From an uncultured delta proteobacterium (lineage in GTDB: Bacteria; Desulfobacterota; Zymogenia; Zymogenales; Zymogenaceae): DNA of 64,000 bases. A model generated the notes under the pieces. The model was not told the origin of the DNA and made no database searches. It worked only from the letters and a program-made list of their open reading frames with translations. Shown one piece after another: positions 58,505 to 64,000 of the stretch (position 1 is its first letter; the number at the start of each line of letters is the position of its first letter). The DNA lies in contig CAVTLK010000005.1 of the NCBI GenBank assembly GCA_963735595.1, positions 224,001 to 288,000 on the forward strand, given 5' to 3'. The position numbers and the translations under genes were made by a program.

Positions 58505-60105
58505 ATGGCACGGGAGACACTGACGTGGCACTATGTTAAAAAGTGGGCGGACGAGCGGCCCGACAAAGAGGCCCTTATCTTCGGGGAAAAGCGGGTAACC
58601 TTCAAGGAATTCTACGACACGACCCTGCGGACGGCAAAGCTCCTCCTCTCGCTGGGGGTGAAAACGGGCGACCGTATCTTTACGCTGTCGGCCGCGCGGG
58701 ACGAGTGGCTCTACCACTACATGGCCGCGGGGATGATAGGGGCGATCTGGTACGGACTGAATCCCCGTTATACTGTCAGATGAGTTCCTCTACCAGGTTG
58801 ATAGACGCGAACACCGACGGTCGGCTTCGTGGTGCGCACGTACGATCTCCTCCAGAAGGATTACCGGGAAGACATGGCCGCCGTCAAAGAGGCCAACCCC
58901 GGCCTGAAACACCTGGTCGTCATCGGCGAGCCCTGGGAAGGGACGCTCTCGTGGGAAGAGGAGGTCAAAAAGGACCGCCCCGAGCTCGACGAGGAGCTGA
59001 AAAAACGGATGGCCGAGGTAAACGCCGACGACCCGACCCTCATCATCTACACCTCGGGGACGACCGGAAAGCCCAAGGGGGCGCTGCTCTGACCCACCGC
59101 AACATCATCGCCGCCATCGAGGTCGAGGTCAAGCACTTCATGGTCAACCATGAGCCGGGCGAGGGGAAGTTCCTGCTCCATTTCCCGATCAACCACGTGG
59201 CCGGGGCGGTGGAAATCGCCTATGCCTGCATATACTCCGGGGTCCCGATGGTCCTCATGGATAAGTTCGACGCCGCCGCAACGCTGGCAACGATCGTCAA
59301 GGAAAAGATCACGGTCCTCGGCCAGGTGCCGGCCATGTTCCTGCTCGAATTCAAAGTCCCCGATTTCGACAGCTACGACCTCTCGTCGATCAGGAATTAC
59401 ATGTGGGCCGGGGCGGCAGCCCCGGAGGGGATGGTCAAGAAGCTCGCGGCCACCGGGGCAACGCTTATCACCGGCTACGGGCAGACGGAAAACGCCGGCT
59501 TCATCACGTACAGCAAGCCGGGTGATTCCATGGACGACCTGATCAAGACCGTCGGCAAATGCGACGACGCGTTTGAAATCAAGCTCATGAACAACGACGG
59601 CAAAGAGGTCCCCAAAGGCGAGGTGGGGGAGATATGGATGAAGGGTGACCTCGTCATGAAGGGCTACTGGAACAACCCCTCGGCCACCGCCGAGACGATC
59701 GTGGCGGGCGGGTGGCTCCGCTCCGGCGACCTTGCCACGATGGACGAGCGCGGCTACATCACCATCGTCGGCAGGACCAAGGAGATGTTCAAGTCGGGCG
59801 GCTACAACGTCTACCCGCGGGAGATCGAGGCCGTCATCGAGCGGCACCCCAACGTCGCCTTCGTGACCATCGTCCCCATCCCGGACGAGACCTGGCAGGA
59901 GGTCGGCAAGGCGTTTATCATGCCGGTGCCCGGCACCGAGATCAAGGAAGAGGAGCTGCGGGAGCTCTGCAAGAAACACCTGGCCAACTACAAGGTGCCC
60001 AAGGAGTTCGAGGTCAGGCCGATCCTGCCGCTGCTTCCCACCGGCAAGATCAACCGGCTGGCGCTGGTGGCCGAAGAGAAAAAGAAGCGTGAGGGCGGCG
60101 CGTAA
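58505..60105 (+). CDS. AMP-dependent acyl-CoA ligase; indels near 58777-58812 and 59085
   Basis: YTSGTTGKPKG, TGYGQTE, WLRSGD, GRTKEMFKSGG, PTGK. Confidence 0.9.
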
Positions 60106-60179
60106 GAGGAGTCGGGGGGTATGCGGTACGTTGTGCGTACCACGTCGGATCGGCCTTCGATAAAAAGACAGGAGCGGAT

Positions 60180-61123
60180 ATGAGACGACGGGTGGTTGGT
60201 TCGTGTATCCTCGCGGCGGTAATCGTCGCGTGGTGCGGCTGCGGCGCCTACGCGGCCGGGCCGCTCACCCTTGCCACGGGGCAGCCCGGTGATTTCTTCT
60301 GGGTCATGGGAAAGGAGCTGTGCCGGATCTGGAGCGCGGAGGGCCTGCCCGCAGAAGTGGTGGAGACGGCCGGGGATCGTGAAAACATCGATCTGGTCGC
60401 CGCGGGGAAGGCCGATATCGCCCTCGTGTCGGGCATCGCGCTGGCGGGCTTTCTGGCCGAGCACCCCGGTTCCCCGATCGTCACCGTCGCGACATGCTGG
60501 GAGAAGCCGGTCCACGTTATGCTTAAAAAGAAACTCATCGAGACCGGCACCATGCGCGACCTGGAGAAGAGAAAGCTCTATCTCGGGCCCGAGGCGAGCC
60601 CCGATGGAGTCGCGGCCAGGCGTATGCTGGCCGTCCTCGGTATCGAGCCGTACCGGCATACCAGGGACGTCGCCGAAACCGAGCTGCTCTCGGTCATGAC
60701 CGATTTTGTGAAACAGGAGCTTGACGGGGCGATCGTTATCGGGCCCGTCGGCGACCCGATGGTGCGCGACATCATCGGCGGTTCCGGCGGCATCTTACGG
60801 GCTTATCCCGGCCGACGAAGCGGCGGTATCGGCCCTCGCCGGGGCGGGGCTGCCCCTGTTCCTGTCGACGATACCCGCGGATAGCTACCCGTACCACCCC
60901 GATCCGGTCAACGTGATCGCGGATGGGAACCTACCTCATTGCGCGGGCCGATCTCCCGGACGAGACGGCCCGGAGGCTGTCGGCGGGCATCTTCGATAAC
61001 GCGGCTCGGATCGCCGCGTATTTCCCCCAGGGGGGGACGCTTTCGTCCGAAAACGCCACGGCGCACCCGGTCGCCCCGCTGCACCCCGGCCCTGAAGTGA
61101 CCGTCGGCAGGAAACGACCATAA
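60180..61123 (+). CDS. TAXI family TRAP solute-binding protein; frameshifts near 60805 and 60920
   Basis: LTLATG..G, ETAGDRENI, TIPADSY, LIARADLP and PLHPG motifs across frames. Confidence 0.8.
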
Positions 61124-61125
61124 AC

Positions 61126-61152
61126 AAAGGCCGGGTATCCCCGGCCTTTTTT
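61126..61152 (+). terminator. Terminator between the convergent TAXI and peptidase genes
   Basis: aaaggccggg-tatc-cccggccttt followed by a T-run. Confidence 0.8.
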
Positions 61153-61180
61153 GTTTCGCGATACGCCGTCCTGTCTGCAG

Positions 61181-62351
61181 CTATTTCCCCTCCATCTCCT
61201 TGACGGCCTCGATGCAGATTGAGAGCGCCGACTGGAGCTTTTCCTCCTCGATGTTGCCGGGGTTGTCCAGCGGCGAGTGCCAGAGGGAAAAGAGTTCGGT
61301 CTCATCCATGCCGAAGAGGCAGGCCGACTTTCCGCCGTGCTTGATGATCGAGTAGGAATCGGTGCCGCCGTAGGTGATGGCGATCTTCGGCAGATCGATC
61401 CCCGCGCGCCTGCCCGCCCGCTCGATGAGGTCGATGGCCTCGGGGCTGTAGGGGTTCATGTACATCTTTTCCTTTTCGATGATCCCGAGCCTGCCCGACC
61501 CCACGGTCTCCATGTTGATAGTTTATCGCGTCTCGGATCAGCTTCTGTTCCCCTGGGCGAATCCCCACGAGCCGTACATGAAGGGCTCCTCGGAACCGAA
61601 CGAGACGAGCACTGACCTCGTCGTTTTTCGGGGGGTTCTTCTTGAGGTAGTCGGCGATTCCCACGAGCACGACCACCGCCGACAGGTTGTCGTTGGCGCC
61701 CGAGGTTCCTGACGCCGGTGATCATCTGCGACCGGAAAATAGACGCCTACCGCGAGGCCGACCAGCGATATCCCGAAGATCACGTCATACCAGGCCAGGC
61801 CGAACGGGCGCGAGATCACCGGTCCCGCAAGTATCGCGCGGAGGATCCCCGCCGGGATGAGCAGCGCCATGCCAACGACGATCGACTGCTCGATGAGGTG
61901 GACGTACCGCTTGGTCCTGAGGCCCAGCATCGGCATCATGTCCGGGCTGTCGTGGTGGCCCGAAAAGATGAGGGTCTGCGTCCGCTTGCCCTTCGGGGCA
62001 AAGGTCGCCATTATGTTTCGGGTCGTCGTCTTTTTGAACATCCAGTCGATAACCCCGTTTCCGAACTGGCGGGAGAGGATAAGCAGGGTCAGGAACGCCG
62101 CCACCAGCAGCGCCGAGACCACGGGAACAAAGAAGTAGCAGGCGGCCGAGATAAGATAGACCCCGGTAATAACGTTGATGAGGCCCGGCAATGATCCCCG
62201 GGGCCACCGGGACGTCCTGGGTGGAAATTGTTGCGCCCCTCTTTTTGAACTCGGCGGCGATTACACGTCCGGCCTTCAGTTCCGCGTCGCTGCCCGCGGG
62301 GCGGGGGCCGATCTCGTCGATAATTCGCTGGATAAACGGCTTGAGATCCAT
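61181..62351 (-). CDS. M28 family metallopeptidase with internal TM segments; multiple frameshifts
   Basis: GPRPAGSDAE, SGHHDS, GANDNLSAV, FGSEE, GGTDS and WHSPLD recovered across frames. Confidence 0.8.
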
Positions 62352-62459
62352 GTGTGCCTCCACTGACAATATAAAAATTTAGTCATATTATGCACAATAC
62401 CGGTCATTTGTCAAACACCTTGTATCATCCGGGCGCCGCCCGGCACGCGGCAAAATCCT

Positions 62460-62488
62460 TTGACATAAGCGCCTGGTTTGGGTAGAGT
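62460..62488 (+). promoter_or_regulatory. Putative sigma70 promoter of the MFS gene
   Basis: TTGACA-N17-TAGAGT. Confidence 0.5.
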
Positions 62489-62520
62489 TGAGCTATCCAT
62501 CATCCCATCGGGAGGGTACC

Positions 62521-63881
62521 ATGTCACCGTCGCGCACCAAGAGCCCGCTCTTCACCGGGCCCCTTACCATGACCGAAATCATCCTCTATAACCTGGCGGG
62601 GCTGGCGTTTAATGTCTACGACACCGTCCTTTATTCCTGGGTGAACTACTTCTACAACCCGCCGGAGGGGTCGGAGGCCGTGCGGTATCTTCCGGCCGCG
62701 GCCTTCACGATCGCCGCGATCCTCTTCGGGGGCAGGATCCTGGACGCCGTTACCGATCCGCTGATCGGCTACTGGAGCGACCACACGAAGACCCGCTGGG
62801 GGAGGCGAAAACCCTACATCTTTATCGCCAACCCGATCCTCTTCCTGGCGTTTATCTTCGTCTGGACGCCGCCGACCGCGGGCGCCAGCGCCGCGAATAT
62901 TATCTATCTTGCCGCGATCCTCTTCGTCTACTACTGGGCCTACACGGCCGTCTTGATCCCCTGGTTCGCGGTGCTGCCGGAGATGAGCCCCAAGAAAGAC
63001 GTCCGGGCCAAGATCGCGTCCATCGGGGTGGCCCTCGGTATCCTCGGCGCGTTGGTCGCCGGGGGGCTCTACGGTACGCTGATATCCAAGTTCGGGGTTT
63101 TCGTCATGGCGCTGATCCTGGGGGCGGTCGCCTTTATCGCCGGGGAGCTGTCGCTGTTGGGGATCAAGCAGCGCCACCGGATCGACGAGTCCGAAAAGCT
63201 CTCGGGCTTTTTTGCGGCGCTGAAGGAGGCCTTTGCCGACCGGCAGATATTCTCCTTTGCCGCGATGATCACGCTGGTGCAACTCACCTACCAGCTCATG
63301 CTGATGAACACACCGTACCTCGTTTCGCTCATCCTCAAGCGGCCCGATACCGATTCGTCGATCCTCATAGCCGAGGTGGTCATCGCGATGGCGATATCGA
63401 TCCCGCTCTGGTATTTCCTGGTCAAAAAATACCCCAAGCGGCAGGTCTTCCGCGGCGTGATCGTCGCCATGATCGCGGGGTTCGGGCTGAGCTACTTCAT
63501 CGGGGACTATCCGGTGCTCTCTCCCTTCGTCCAGGCGATGATTATCTTTCCCGATCGCGGCGATCCCGCTGGGCGGGGTCTTTTTGATGTCGCTCTTGTT
63601 GATCGCCGACCTCACCGACTACGGCGAGCTCAAGACGGGCAAGCGTAAGGAGGCGATCTACTTACGGCATATACGGCTTCGTGCGCAAGACCGGCTGGGC
63701 GTTCTCCGCGGTAATCCTCAACGCGGTGCTGGCGGTCTTCGGCTACAGCGCCGAAAACCCGACCGGGGTGAAGGTGGTCTGGGTGGTCTGCGCCGTCTCC
63801 TGCCTCGTGGGCCTGCTCCTCTTTATCCCCTACAAGCTCGGGGATACGAAGGAGGAGACGAAGAAGATTATGAAGATGTAG
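62521..63881 (+). CDS. MFS/GPH family (glycoside-pentoside-hexuronide) symporter; frameshifts at about 63550-63665
   Basis: DAVTDPLIGYWSD, RWGRRKPY, ADLTDY, TGKRKEAIY; C-terminus ends at 63881. Confidence 0.85.
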
Positions 63882-64000
63882 CCGACAACGACGGCTGATA
63901 CTGCACCGAGGCCGGTTTTCGACCCCGTACGGCCGCGGGCTTGTGCCATGTAAAAAGAATCTCAGAATAAACCTTGATATTCGAATGATCAGCTAGGTGA

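Noticed and set aside
58775..58830. TGA codons in the AMP-ligase as selenocysteine
   Set aside because: They arise from three single-A insertions; removing them gives RYTVDEFLYQV...PTVGFVV with no Cys-equivalent position.

Overview
GC-rich bacterial chromosomal segment. Gene content suggests an anaerobic deltaproteobacterium (Desulfobacterota-like); this is inference, not a database result. About 55 protein genes and one tRNA-Pro(TGG). They cover housekeeping (pcnB, mtnA, gatCAB, rpoZ, yacG, proS, trpS, maf, yggS), acyl-CoA/fatty-acid metabolism, two ABC systems, two MFS transporters and several surface or envelope proteins. No integrase, transposase, reverse transcriptase, Cas gene, CRISPR array or prophage is visible. 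About 11 genes are broken by 1-2 bp indels, which cluster near the window ends and look like long-read consensus errors rather than true pseudogenes. Best leads: (1) a sigma54 promoter driving a ~105-nt terminated transcript (candidate sRNA or attenuator) upstream of a repeat-variable inverse autotransporter; (2) four distinct families of small non-coding palindromic elements that co-cluster or nest at the same intergenic spots, including a 3 x 182-bp tandem array and ~83-bp hairpins with co-varying arms, with no cognate enzyme in the window; (3) a CPBP/Abi membrane domain whose catalytic EExxxR reads QQxxxN, fused to six FG-GAP repeats. None can be confirmed as novel from the sequence alone.
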